Of a DNA stretch of 64,000 nucleotides, positions 27,526-36,794 are shown in pieces. Under the pieces are notes generated by a model. It did no database searches. It was not told the origin of the DNA and saw nothing but the letters and a program-made list of their open reading frames with translations. The position numbers and the translations under genes were made by a program. The stretch lies in contig CAWBOS010000015.1 of NCBI GenBank assembly GCA_963790475.1, positions 32,001-96,000 of the forward strand. Reading direction: 5' to 3'. The number at the start of each line of letters is the position of its first letter. Position 1 is the first letter of the stretch. Source of the DNA: an uncultured delta proteobacterium. Its GTDB lineage: Bacteria > Desulfobacterota > RBG-13-43-22.

Positions 27526-27896
27526 CTATCCCTCAAGCGTGAAACGGACCAAGATTTGAATCTCCGGTTTTTTGGGATGGGTAGTAAAACATTTAATCAT
27601 TTTCTTTTGTTCCCATGAATTGAACCAGGGAGGATGGCCCGATCAAAGTGGGCCACAGCGCAACCTCATTCGGGGCGGACATCATTAATCTCAAGAATTC
27701 CTGATCCGGTATTCTTGACTAAGTATTCATGGGAGAGGATACTTCCTTCTTCCGCCTCCCCAAAATAATAATCGGCGACCGGAAGCTGGATAGAAGGGGT
27801 AGAGACCACAGCGAAAGTAGATCCACTCCAGATGAAAGGCCCCAGGATACAGATCGGTTTAAGCCATAATGGTATTTTAGAACCCGGCCAAGGCAT
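27526..27896 (-). CDS. DUF1573 (Ig-like) exported protein, probable selenoprotein (UGA 27666-27668); 3' part frameshifted and possibly shortened
   Basis: YYFGEAEEGSILSHEYLVKNTGSGILEINDVRPE-TGA-GCAVAHFDRAILPG matches the DUF1573 V.PSCGC motif with U at the first Cys; a shifted frame gives MIKCFTTHPKKPEIQILVRFTLEG*. Confidence 0.68.
27635..27655 (-). promoter_or_regulatory. candidate bacterial SECIS hairpin
   Basis: UGGCCC-ACUUUGAUC-GGGCCA beginning 10 nt 3' of the in-frame UGA. Confidence 0.6.
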
Positions 27897-27977
27897 TGAA
27901 GACGACCTCCCGGCTTTTTTTCTTCAGGGAAAAGAGAGTATTAACAGTGCGGTCCCCTTGTCAAGGGAAAAGGGGTA

Positions 27978-29606
27978 TCAGGCCATCCAAATTTGTTCCA
28001 AATAGGGCACATTGGCTGGATCAATGGAAAACAAAGGACTGTTCCTATCCAAATTCCAAGGAATAAAAAAGGCCAGATCCAGCAATCGTTCCCGCTCTGG
28101 AACCCTAATATGTTCCTTTATCCATTCCATAACTTCCCTTATCGTTCCGGTTACTTTCGCATCCAAGCCAAGGTGTTGATTGAGGAATCGCAGGCCTGGA
28201 TTTTGTTTCAATTGAAAAACAGCTTCTTCCCAATGAATGCCATTAATTTTTTTTCTTAAAATATAGCCATTCCCATGATCCTGAATCCATAGAAGAGGGG
28301 GATTGATTTTGACTTGGGCCTGGCAGATTCTGGCCCCTTGTGTTTTCTTCTCGATCCTTTCCAATAAGTCTTTTCTTTTTTCGGTACCTTTCAACAAAAC
28401 CGGAGAGATCCTTTCAAACATATACAACTCGTCCCGGATAACAATTTCCCGTAGCCGAGTGGGATCGAACCCCAAATCCAGAAGATCGGCAATCGTTAGT
28501 TTCAGGGGTTCGGTCCGATTTTTTTCTGTCATCCATTGGGTAAGAAAAGGCCGCTGATATAAAGGGAGCCCTTCAATGCCCATGGTGGGATTTAATCGTA
28601 TGGTTTGAGGCAAAGAAAGCCATAAAGAATGGTCTCCAACCGATTGAACATCCGTTATTTCCGGATCGAGGATATAAGTTTGAATGGGAAGAGAACGGAC
28701 TTTCCGGGAAAGGGTAATCTGTTCCAGCGATTCTCCGCCGGTATACCCCAGTAATTCCTGGATGCGTCTATGAAAACCTAACAATCGAGTCGTAAACTTA
28801 GTGAACATAAAACACATAAGAGGGGTAAACCGGCCGCATTCTCTCTCTGTGCAAAAAATCTTTTCCAGAGCCTGATAGATTTGATTGAACTCCTGAATCG
28901 TTCTTCGAACCATCAATTCATTATCCTGCATTTCAATAACCGGTCTTTTTTTCTTAAGATTAAAGATCAGCTTGGGAAGCTTGAGGGAAAGATGGTTTTT
29001 TTTCAGACCGTCAGGGAGGTAAACCATATAATGATTCCGGTCCAGGTCTTCGCTAAAATCGATCAATTTTTCAAGAGAGACCCAACCCAACTTGTTGTAA
29101 ATGTCAAAGGTCGGGTCTTCAGGAGGGATGATATTGTCCAAGAGGCCCAGGGCGCCTTTCTCTTCCACATAATCACGAAAGGCCTCCAGTATCCGGTTTC
29201 CCAGGCCTTTCCTTCGAAAGGAAGGATCCACCTCCACGTAAACCAGATAGCAACAGGGTAATGGCTTGCGTAAGTACAGCATATTTAAATAGGCCAACAC
29301 CTCCCCCCCAGCGGTGTAGACCTCAAAAACCTGAAAGGGTTGACTGGGCCCTTGGGAACCGAATCGTTTTATCCGGCTTCCCTTGACCGTAGAGTGGGTT
29401 AGCCGATCCAGGGTACTAAATAGCAGGCCGGATGGGGTGGAGACCGACCCTCGTGGAGTATCCTCCCGGGTCATTTCTATTATGGACAGGGCTTCCTTGA
29501 GCCCGAGTCCGGCCTCCATAATTTTTTTTTCGATCTGTCCTGGGGATAGATAAAGAGATTTTTTTTTCATCGTTAAAACAAAAGAGGCCTTGAGATGAAC
29601 GCCCAA
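27978..29606 (-). CDS. large protein with internal GNAT acetyltransferase domain (alternative start 29570)
   Basis: LVYVEVDPSFRRKGLGNRILEAF (motif A), IYNKLGW. Confidence 0.72.
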   Translation of the reverse strand: MGVHLKASFVLTMKKKSLYLSPGQIEKKIMEAGLGLKEALSIIEMTREDTPRGSVSTPSGLLFSTLDRLTHSTVKGSRIKRFGSQGPSQPFQVFEVYTAGGEVLAYLNMLYLRKPLPCCYLVYVEVDPSFRRKGLGNRILEAFRDYVEEKGALGLLDNIIPPEDPTFDIYNKLGWVSLEKLIDFSEDLDRNHYMVYLPDGLKKNHLSLKLPKLIFNLKKKRPVIEMQDNELMVRRTIQEFNQIYQALEKIFCTERECGRFTPLMCFMFTKFTTRLLGFHRRIQELLGYTGGESLEQITLSRKVRSLPIQTYILDPEITDVQSVGDHSLWLSLPQTIRLNPTMGIEGLPLYQRPFLTQWMTEKNRTEPLKLTIADLLDLGFDPTRLREIVIRDELYMFERISPVLLKGTEKRKDLLERIEKKTQGARICQAQVKINPPLLWIQDHGNGYILRKKINGIHWEEAVFQLKQNPGLRFLNQHLGLDAKVTGTIREVMEWIKEHIRVPERERLLDLAFFIPWNLDRNSPLFSIDPANVPYLEQIWMA

Positions 29607-29753
29607 GGCCTCTGAAAAGAATCCCTACTCCTTTACCCTAGTCCGTTTTTTTTGGGGTGCAGGCCATTGAACTGATAATATCAGAAAGTTCCGACATATT
29701 CAATAAAATAGAAAATACACCTAAACGTAACTACTTATTTAGGAGAAAAAAAT

Positions 29754-29789
29754 AAGCCTCCATAAAGGGGTGTCCCCCTTTGGAGGCTT
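29754..29789 (-). terminator. intrinsic terminator
   Basis: AAGCCTCCA.AAAGGGG-TGT-CCCCCTTTGGAGGCTT hairpin followed by a T-run on the minus strand. Confidence 0.65.
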
Positions 29790-29863
29790 CTTATAGGTAC
29801 TTTCCGAATCTCCCACTTCATTTCCCGGTGGGACAAGATGCCTATGAAGCACAAGGGCTGAGA

Positions 29864-29945
29864 TTATTCTTTCTCCCAAATAATCGCAATCACTTCACCA
29901 GTACCATGGACACCCAGGGTCAGGGTGAGTTCAATGTCCCCGATG
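29864..29945 (-). pseudogene. C-terminal remnant of LUD-domain (LutC/YkgG) gene
   Basis: Manual translation GDIELTLTLGVHGTGEVIAIIWEKE*; DIE..L..GVHG is the LUD C-terminal signature; rest of gene absent. Confidence 0.65.
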
Positions 29946-30043
29946 CAGTTGGGGGTTCGCCGGGCTTAGGGAAGTTGGAGGATTTGCAAAAACCTTGCCT
30001 GAAAAAATTATGCATAGGAATAAAAAAAATCCTTGTGGGAAGG

Positions 30044-30298
30044 TTAGTGGCTGTGCCCGCAACAACTCCCCGGTCCGGAACAGCCTTCAGCCATTCCCGG
30101 AGCCGAGCCGCAGCAGGACGTATCCCCAAGCCCCGGCAGTCCCTGTCGGCTTGCACCGGAAAGGGACGAAGGGGCCGACAACATACGTTTGACGTTTGTG
30201 CTTCCGCAACTGGTACATTCCGCCGTTTCACTGGAGCTGGTCAAAAGGGTCTCGCTCACCTTACCGCAATCCAGACAAAGAAAATCATACAAAGGCAT
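30044..30298 (-). CDS. FmdB-family zinc-ribbon protein with Cys-rich tail
   Basis: MPLYDFLCLDCG..E...CTSCGS..VKRMLS; tail SCCG...C.GPGSCCG. Confidence 0.85.
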   Translation of the reverse strand: MPLYDFLCLDCGKVSETLLTSSSETAECTSCGSTNVKRMLSAPSSLSGASRQGLPGLGDTSCCGSAPGMAEGCSGPGSCCGHSH

Positions 30299-30321
30299 TT
30301 CTCATTCTCCTTCCAAGTCAA

Positions 30322-30757
30322 TCATAATGGTTGTTTATCCTGATATTCCTTAATAGCCTTTTCAAGAGTCTTTACCGCCAACCGAATGCAATGCTGTTTC
30401 TGGTCTGGTATCTCAACCAGGGCTTTGAACACGTCATCGTCTTTGACTTGTAAAGCACTTCTCAGGTCTTTTCCTCTGACCAGATCAGCCAAAGCCATGG
30501 CGGCTGATATAGCGCCGGGACAGCCCAGAACATCGAACTTGACATCCTGAATTTTCCCCTGGCCGACTTTTAGATAACTTTTCATGGTATCGCCGCAAGG
30601 GCCGGTCATCTCGGTCACCTGATCAGCATCTTTAAGCGGCCCCCTGGTTGGGTTTGGTAAGACAGTACTCAATGGCCTTTTCACCATAACCCGAGTTTGA
30701 AAGCATCTCCCTTATACTCGATAAGTTGTTATTATTTGATGTGATGTTCTGTCTCAT
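30322..30757 (-). CDS. NifU/IscU N-terminal-like Fe-S scaffold protein (+1 indel in a G run near 30640)
   Basis: GPCGDTM, DVLGC, QHC three-Cys pattern; correcting G5 to G4 restores MRQN..SGYGEKAIEY..KPNQGPLKDAD. Confidence 0.8.
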
Positions 30758-30771
30758 TTCAACGTTCTCTT

Positions 30772-31152
30772 CTAATGTACGCATTCATGGCCGTCTTTAT
30801 GTCCGGCACAGGTCATACTTACGGCAAATTCCGGTAATTTACCGGATTTCAACAGTTCCAGGTTTTCGCTGACGTTTCCTTCTACGGCCCGGAAAACCCT
30901 TATTCCTTCATTCTGCAGCTTCATGAGCGCCCCGGCACCTATGCCTCCAATAACCATTGCATCCACACTCTTACCATCAAGGGCCTTAATTGGATTACAG
31001 GCACCATGGACATGGTGTAAGTCTCTGTTGTTCACTGTTGCAACATCTTTCCCCTCGGTATCGACGATTATAAACACCGGGGCCGAACCAAAATGGTCAT
31101 AAACCTTACTCTTAACTCCTTCATTACCCTGTACTGCAAAACCTACTTTCAT
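30772..31152 (-). CDS. NifB/NifX-family (dinitrogenase FeMo-cofactor-binding) protein
   Basis: HFGSAPVFIIVD, HGAC, GGIGAGA...GIRVF. Confidence 0.88.
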   Translation of the reverse strand: MKVGFAVQGNEGVKSKVYDHFGSAPVFIIVDTEGKDVATVNNRDLHHVHGACNPIKALDGKSVDAMVIGGIGAGALMKLQNEGIRVFRAVEGNVSENLELLKSGKLPEFAVSMTCAGHKDGHECVH

Positions 31153-31177
31153 GACTTTTTCCTCTCCCGGTCCCTGT

Positions 31178-31645
31178 TTATTGTTTTGGTTGAGTTACCC
31201 GACAAAATTTGCCTTGTCCTTTTTCGAATCCTCTATCTGCATCTGCTCTATATATGTTGCCACCTTTGCAGGAAGGGCAGTTCTTTGGTCTACCCGTTCC
31301 GTAAGGTAGCTCCCACGAGTGTTGGCATTCATAACATCTAAAATTTCTCATTGTGGCCATATTAAAATCACCCCCTTCAATCTTCAATGCCTTACCCTTA
31401 ACCAAAGCTTCTGCAACCTTTTTATGTCCCGATGCGATAATCCTTCCAAAGGTTTGGCGGGAGACATTCATTTTTCCAGCAGCCTGATCTTGGTATAAGC
31501 CTTCAAAATCAGCTAACCGAATGGCCTCAAATTCATCAACTGTCAAATTTATTTCATCAAGGGCCGAAAGGGGGATTCCTCTTGGTTTAAAATACTCACT
31601 CCCAGGAAGACACCCAACTCTCCTACAATTTCTCGGTCTGGCCAT
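31178..31645 (-). CDS. DUF134 HTH protein with C-terminal zinc ribbon
   Basis: MARPRNCRRV, FKPRGIP, DEFEAIRLAD.EGL.Q..AA..MNVSRQTFGRI, ALKIEGG; CYEC..CPSC. Confidence 0.9.
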   Translation of the reverse strand: MARPRNCRRVGCLPGSEYFKPRGIPLSALDEINLTVDEFEAIRLADFEGLYQDQAAGKMNVSRQTFGRIIASGHKKVAEALVKGKALKIEGGDFNMATMRNFRCYECQHSWELPYGTGRPKNCPSCKGGNIYRADADRGFEKGQGKFCRVTQPKQ

Positions 31646-31667
31646 AATGTATTTCTCTTTTATAACT

Positions 31668-31696
31668 AATTATAAGCATATGCTCATAATTGTCAA
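31668..31696 (-). promoter_or_regulatory. consensus sigma70 promoter with 24-bp palindromic operator
   Basis: TTGACA-16 nt-TATAAT on minus strand; AATTATAAGCATATGCTCATAATT (31668-31691) is palindromic except for one pair. Confidence 0.8.
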
Positions 31697-31827
31697 GTAA
31701 AAAAATGGTGATCGTTAAATCATAAAAATACAATGTGAGAGCCAAGGCAAAAAAAACTATCCCGGATAAACCTTTCAACGAGTCTTCAAAGAGACTTCTG
31801 GGTCGGAATTTATTCTAATAGCTTGAG

Positions 31828-31977
31828 AGGTCGCCTTTCCGGAGCCGGCGATATGCGGTAAGCTGACATTAACCACCGATACATCCAAAACTTCCATGAT
31901 TGAGCTGGACATAACGGCGATACCGATGATCCATGGACTGATCTTGGGTCCGAACCCAAGGGCACTCTCACCGACAT
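31828..31977 (-). pseudogene. N-terminal remnant of EmrB/DHA2 MFS efflux transporter
   Basis: Manual translation SPWIIGIAVMSSSIMEVLDVSVVNVSLPHIAGS (motif D1) after AAGGAGG RBS; then similarity ends. Confidence 0.65.
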
Positions 31978-32167
31978 GTCGATCTAAGACCCCTCCTTAA
32001 CCGAAAGGTAAGATAGGAAAATGGTAAGTATACACGATTTTAGGAATAGTAGATAGGGGGATTTTTCGTTAGCTGGAACCCTTATTCGGGGGGCTGTTAA
32101 CGAGTAGCGTTATATAATCCGCTGCATGTCAGATGAGGCGACGAGTAGTGTCTCTCCTTATAAATGG

Positions 32168-34142
32168 GTAGAGTAGAGAGCTGGAACCTGACTGGTGCCA
32201 CTTTTGGTCTTTCCGATGCACGCATCTACTACGAGCTATAGTGGTCAGCCGGGGCCAGCCCTCCCTCATCAAACCGTGCATGCGGTTTTCCCGCACACGG
32301 CTTTCCGATGTCCTTCACCGCAGGGCATGCGCTTTGTCCAGCCCGCCGAAGTCGGCACCTTGTAGAGACCGTACTTCTCGTATAGCGCCCTTCGTTTGAA
32401 CCTGAGATACCCCATCTTTCTATCTCTGACCTTGTGCCGCTTTCGCAGGTGTGTGATCAACCGCTCTTCCACATGCCCCCGTATCCGAGCCAGTGTGGTA
32501 CTGCAATTGCGGTAATGAAAGTAGCCGACCCATCCCCGCACGGTGGCGTTAACTTCATTCACCACCCACTCGATAGGCATAATGGTTCGGGATCGATCCG
32601 TAATTGCCGTCACTCGGTCTTTGATAGATTGTATGGCTTTCTTTGAAGGTTGGACGTGAGGGTAGTACTTCCCCGTTCTATTGCTCCGTCCCATCCGGAT
32701 CGTATATCCAAGGAAGTTGTAACTCCCTTTGTAGGCATTGACGGTCTTCGTCTTGGCCTCGTTCAGGGTAAGCCCCAGTTTCGCCAGTATCCGTCGCAGC
32801 ATCTGCATCGGGCGTTCGGTTCCGCACCGGCAGAGGACAACAATATCGTCCGCATAGCGCACGATCCGTGCCCCGAGTTTCTTCTCCAACTGATGCCGTT
32901 CCCATATCCTGTCCATTAGATGCAGGTACAGGTTCGCCAATATTGGTGAGATTACCCCCCCTTGCGGGGTGCCTTGACGGTTTTCCTTGCCACCGCCGAT
33001 GTTCTTTTTCTTTCCATCCTGGTCCACTTCCATGACCGGGGCTTTGAGCCACATCTTGATGATGCGCAATATCTCACCATCACTGATCCGCTCGGCAACT
33101 ACAGCCAGGAGGTTGGCGTGGGGAATGGTATCGAAGTATTTGCTCAGATCGGCGTCGATGATCTCCGTGTACCCTCTATGCATGGCCGAGGCTACATCAT
33201 CAACGGCGTCGTGGGCTGACTTCCTGGGCCTAAACCCGTATGAGCTGTCGCAAAAGTCTGCTTCAAAGATCGGTTCGATGACCAGCTTTACGGCCATCTG
33301 GGCTACCCGGTCCCGTATCGTCGGTATACCCAATGGCCTTTTGTCACCGTTGGCCTTGGGTATCATCACCCGCTTTACCGGGTCCGGTCGATAAGTCTTG
33401 CTCTTCAGTGCTTCTTCCAACTCCGCCATAAAGGCGGTTATCCCTTCTTCCGTCTCGATAGCCTCAAAGGTAACTCCGTCTATTCCGGCGCTCCCTTTAT
33501 TGGCCCGGACAAGACTGTAGGCATGACTGAGAATGTCCGCCCGGTACACCTTGTCATATAAGGCGTAGAAACGATAGGCTTTCTCCTGCTTGGCCTTCCG
33601 GTAGAGCTTCCTCTGTAGTGTCCTGATACTTTCCGGGGTTGTTAGCATCGCTGCAATCCCCTCTCCCTCCACTCTTCGGTTACTTGAACAAAGCAGGGTC
33701 CCTTCCCTCGGGCCGGGTTTTGTTGTCCCTTGCCCTCAAGCGGTACTATGAACCCCTCCGACTCCCGATACGGCCCAATACGATTTCGTCTCCTTATACG
33801 TATCGGTTGATGTTCCTCTTCCATCACCTCATCGGGTCTCCAGCACTGGACTGTTTATCTTCCACCGCATGCCGTCCTTGCTACCCCGGAAGATCTCAAA
33901 GGCTGCTTCCGTTTTCCAAGCCCTTAACATCGGCCTTCCCCATATGTCCACTGGGTCGGCATCTTCACTTTATATTTACGAGGCTACCTATTGGTTCATT
34001 TCCATTACGGCCTGTGGCTTTGCCAATTGGGAACTTACGACCCCCGGTTACCCGAACGCCGCTCCCTTGATCTACCGGGGTGAACGGACAACTCCCCGGA
34101 CGGGACTTTAACCCGTAAGTGTAAACAGTTGTTACTGCGTAC
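32168..34142 (-). mobile_element. group II intron (full length, ~1975 nt)
   Basis: Domain 5 GAAAGCCGTGTGCGGGAAAACCGCATGCACGGTTTGATGAGGG; domain 6 ending CTCTACTCTAC; ~490-nt non-coding 5' region starting GTACG (GUGYG variant, 5' end less certain); RT ORF inside. Confidence 0.88.
32269..33648 (-). CDS. ltrA: group II intron reverse transcriptase/maturase, no endonuclease domain
   Basis: GSAGIDG, RPLGIPTIRDR, SYGFRP, DADLSKYFD, GTPQGGVISP, RYADD, NFLGY, domain X; native stop probably 32315 (TKAHALR*) after a one-base indel. Confidence 0.93.
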   Translation of the reverse strand: MLTTPESIRTLQRKLYRKAKQEKAYRFYALYDKVYRADILSHAYSLVRANKGSAGIDGVTFEAIETEEGITAFMAELEEALKSKTYRPDPVKRVMIPKANGDKRPLGIPTIRDRVAQMAVKLVIEPIFEADFCDSSYGFRPRKSAHDAVDDVASAMHRGYTEIIDADLSKYFDTIPHANLLAVVAERISDGEILRIIKMWLKAPVMEVDQDGKKKNIGGGKENRQGTPQGGVISPILANLYLHLMDRIWERHQLEKKLGARIVRYADDIVVLCRCGTERPMQMLRRILAKLGLTLNEAKTKTVNAYKGSYNFLGYTIRMGRSNRTGKYYPHVQPSKKAIQSIKDRVTAITDRSRTIMPIEWVVNEVNATVRGWVGYFHYRNCSTTLARIRGHVEERLITHLRKRHKVRDRKMGYLRFKRRALYEKYGLYKVPTSAGWTKRMPCGEGHRKAVCGKTACTV

Positions 34143-34306
34143 GGGCATCCTTATTAATTTCCTTTTTAACGATGTCCCCGGGAGGCGTCACTACAGAAGC
34201 AATAATAACAAACCATTGGTTCACTCTGGTCTGGTATATGGGAGGTCATGGTGGCCAACTCTAAGGCATCGAAGTTTTTTTCTTACCGATTGCCTAAACC
34301 CAATGT

Positions 34307-35173
34307 TTACTCTGAGCGCAGCCCCAGGAGTCTTTGGGCGTTGCCACCGAGCCATTTTCTTTTAACCTCCTCTTTGAGCGGCAAGGCCTTCAGTTCATCA
34401 ATGCAGCGTCGCCAGGGTATCATGTCATCGGTGGCAAAGAGGACCCTGTCCTGCAGCAGGCTGTTACCGTAGACCATAAGCGGGTCCCATCCCGTTCCAG
34501 GCATGCCGATATACTTTGGCGAAACTGCCCCAATCTCCATATAAACGTTTTTGTGCTTCCAGGCCACGGCTACCATCTCGGCCACCCAAGGCCAACCTCC
34601 GTGATTACCTACAATCTTAAGATCGGGGAAATCGCAGGCAACATGGTCGATGTAGATGGGGCGGCTGAAATCGATGGCGCGGTCTATCGTGAAGTTTATA
34701 GACGAATGCATGGTTACCGGTATGCCTAGCTCCTGACACTTGGCATAAACAGGGTACAGCCTCTTATCATTCGGATACATGCGCTGAGCCCAGGTCTGGA
34801 AATTGACGCCGCTGAAACCGCGTTCCCTGACTTCATTTTCCACTACTTTAACCATGTCGTCATCCTCCAGTGCATTAACCGTCAGGTAATATCTGGGAAA
34901 TTTCTTAGGGTACTTCTGAGCTATCTTGTAGACAGCGTCGTTCAGCCTCCTGTAATCGCCCAGGGCCCATTCGGCCTGGAGCACACCGTAGGTAACACCC
35001 GCATCGTCCATCGCCTGGACCATGCTCTCAGCGGTCACGCTGTACATGGCCGACACTTCGTAGGCTGACTCTGCGTACCCCCTCATATAGCTGCTCAGGA
35101 ACAGGCGCTTGGCCTCCTCTACATCATCAGTCCATTCCTGGATCGGTGCGGTCACACGAAAATCGATAATCAT
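34307..35173 (-). CDS. amidohydrolase_2 family protein
   Basis: MIID, LYPVYAKCQELGIPV..H, DFPDLKIV..HGGWPW, VLFATD. Confidence 0.88.
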   Translation of the reverse strand: MIIDFRVTAPIQEWTDDVEEAKRLFLSSYMRGYAESAYEVSAMYSVTAESMVQAMDDAGVTYGVLQAEWALGDYRRLNDAVYKIAQKYPKKFPRYYLTVNALEDDDMVKVVENEVRERGFSGVNFQTWAQRMYPNDKRLYPVYAKCQELGIPVTMHSSINFTIDRAIDFSRPIYIDHVACDFPDLKIVGNHGGWPWVAEMVAVAWKHKNVYMEIGAVSPKYIGMPGTGWDPLMVYGNSLLQDRVLFATDDMIPWRRCIDELKALPLKEEVKRKWLGGNAQRLLGLRSE

Positions 35174-35190
35174 TTATCTTTCCTCCGTTA

Positions 35191-35961
35191 TTATTTTTTC
35201 TTGGTCCTTTCAAGGGCGGCCTTGGCGCGCATTTTTGCCTCCATACCTGTCAAGCACAGAACAACGTCGTGCGCTTCGAGTTCGAACTGCTGCTCGTAGT
35301 CCTGATAGACACCGTAATTCAATTGGCGCTTGGTCAGTTTAATGGATAGCGATGAGTTGGCCGTAATCTTCTTTATCATCGCCATGGCCGTCTGGTCAAG
35401 CCGGTCCGGTGCTACCACGAAATTCACCAGGCCCCACTGCTCGGCTTTAGCGGCGTCGATATGTTCATTGGTGAATGCCATCCACTTGGCGCGCCCAATG
35501 CCGATCAGTAAAGGCAGGAGCTTTGTGCCGCAGTTGGTAATCCCGGCCCCGACGTTGGTTTCCGGAAACCCGAACTTCGTTCCTTCGGCTGCTATGCGAA
35601 TATCGGCGCTCATCGCCCACTCACAACCAGCGCCAAGTGCGTACCCGTGTACGGCGGCGATGACGGGCTTCTCCATATTGAGCATAAGGCGAGTGGTATC
35701 CTGAAGCACCTCAACATGTCGAAGAACATCTTCGACATTCCAGCCCGCCGGGCTTTCAGAGAGATCGTCACCGGCGCAGAAAGCGCGTCCTTCGCCCTTG
35801 AGGATAACACCTTTTACCTTGGTATCCTGTGCGGCCTCGGCCAGAGACAGGTGCACCTCTCGCGTCAATTGCACATTGATGGCGTTGAGAACTTTAGGAC
35901 GGTTCAATTTGATGACAGCGATATCCGCAACCTTTTCATACAGTACAGTTTCCAGTGTCAT
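35191..35961 (-). CDS. enoyl-CoA hydratase/isomerase family
   Basis: LNRPKVLNA, AFCAGDDL, GYALGAGCE, FGFPE. Confidence 0.92.
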   Translation of the reverse strand: MTLETVLYEKVADIAVIKLNRPKVLNAINVQLTREVHLSLAEAAQDTKVKGVILKGEGRAFCAGDDLSESPAGWNVEDVLRHVEVLQDTTRLMLNMEKPVIAAVHGYALGAGCEWAMSADIRIAAEGTKFGFPETNVGAGITNCGTKLLPLLIGIGRAKWMAFTNEHIDAAKAEQWGLVNFVVAPDRLDQTAMAMIKKITANSSLSIKLTKRQLNYGVYQDYEQQFELEAHDVVLCLTGMEAKMRAKAALERTKKK

Positions 35962-35980
35962 GTTGGGTCCTCCTGTTAAA

Positions 35981-36736
35981 TTACTCGAGCTTCCATTGAG
36001 GTGGCCTCTTTTCAAAGAAGGCCGTCACGCCCTCTACGGTATCCTTCATCTTAAGAACAGGACCAGCCAGGGCCTTAAAGAGACTCAAGCTGTCCTCCAG
36101 CGACAGATACCTGGCCCTTTTGTTTATTTCTTTGCAGGCCCAAAGGGCCAACGGACCGTTGTTGCAGATTTTTTTGGCTATCGCCTCCGCGGCCGGGATC
36201 AATTCGGCCGGGGGCACAAGGCGGCTTACTAACCCGATCCGGTAGGCTTCCTGGGAGCTGACCCGATCACCAGTCATCAATATCTCCATGGCTATTGAAG
36301 CAGGGATCATCCTGGAAAGCATGATTGAAGCATAGGCGTCCACCGTGTTCAGCTTCTGGTCGGGCGTACCCAGGGAGGCTTTCTCCGCGGCTATCCTGAT
36401 ATCGCAACACAGGGCCAGCGTGAACCCGGCGCCTAAGCAATAGCCATTGATGGCGGCGATGAGCGGCTTTTTAACATTGGCCAACTGCCAGTCATAATCG
36501 GCCTCCCATCTTTCCGGATCTATCAGGTGTTGCGGGTCGGTCAAATCCGCCCCGGCGCAGAAGGACCGCTCACCCGCACCGGTTACGATCCCAACGTACA
36601 GGTCATTGTCGCGGTCAAAGTCCTGCAACGCCTTGATCAACTCAAGCGACAGTTCCCTGCTCATGGTATTGAGCGGAGGACGGTTGAGGGTGATGGTGAC
36701 TATATGGTCTTTCTTCTCATACAGGAGAATGGACAT
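35981..36736 (-). CDS. enoyl-CoA hydratase/isomerase family (non-canonical catalytic residues)
   Basis: LNRPP.N, FCAGADL, NGYCLGAGFT, LGTPD, EGVTAFFEKR.P. Confidence 0.9.
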   Translation of the reverse strand: MSILLYEKKDHIVTITLNRPPLNTMSRELSLELIKALQDFDRDNDLYVGIVTGAGERSFCAGADLTDPQHLIDPERWEADYDWQLANVKKPLIAAINGYCLGAGFTLALCCDIRIAAEKASLGTPDQKLNTVDAYASIMLSRMIPASIAMEILMTGDRVSSQEAYRIGLVSRLVPPAELIPAAEAIAKKICNNGPLALWACKEINKRARYLSLEDSLSLFKALAGPVLKMKDTVEGVTAFFEKRPPQWKLE

Positions 36737-36794
36737 GAGGAACTCCTTTCCCGCACCTGGCGAAGTTCGTTGCCTTCTATGGCGGTAACGGCGG

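Noticed and set aside
29780-30343. 187-aa plus-strand ORF and the many other antisense or overlapping ORFs in the track
   Set aside because: Shadow ORFs opposite well-supported genes, with no motifs or RBS
30322-31152. NifU- and NifB/NifX-like genes as evidence for nitrogen fixation
   Set aside because: No nifHDK here; these domains commonly occur with DUF134 in non-nif metal-cofactor operons
32269-33672. RT as a retron, DGR or defence-associated RT
   Set aside because: Domain X, YADD and flanking intron domains 5/6 identify an ordinary group II intron maturase; no TR/VR pair seen
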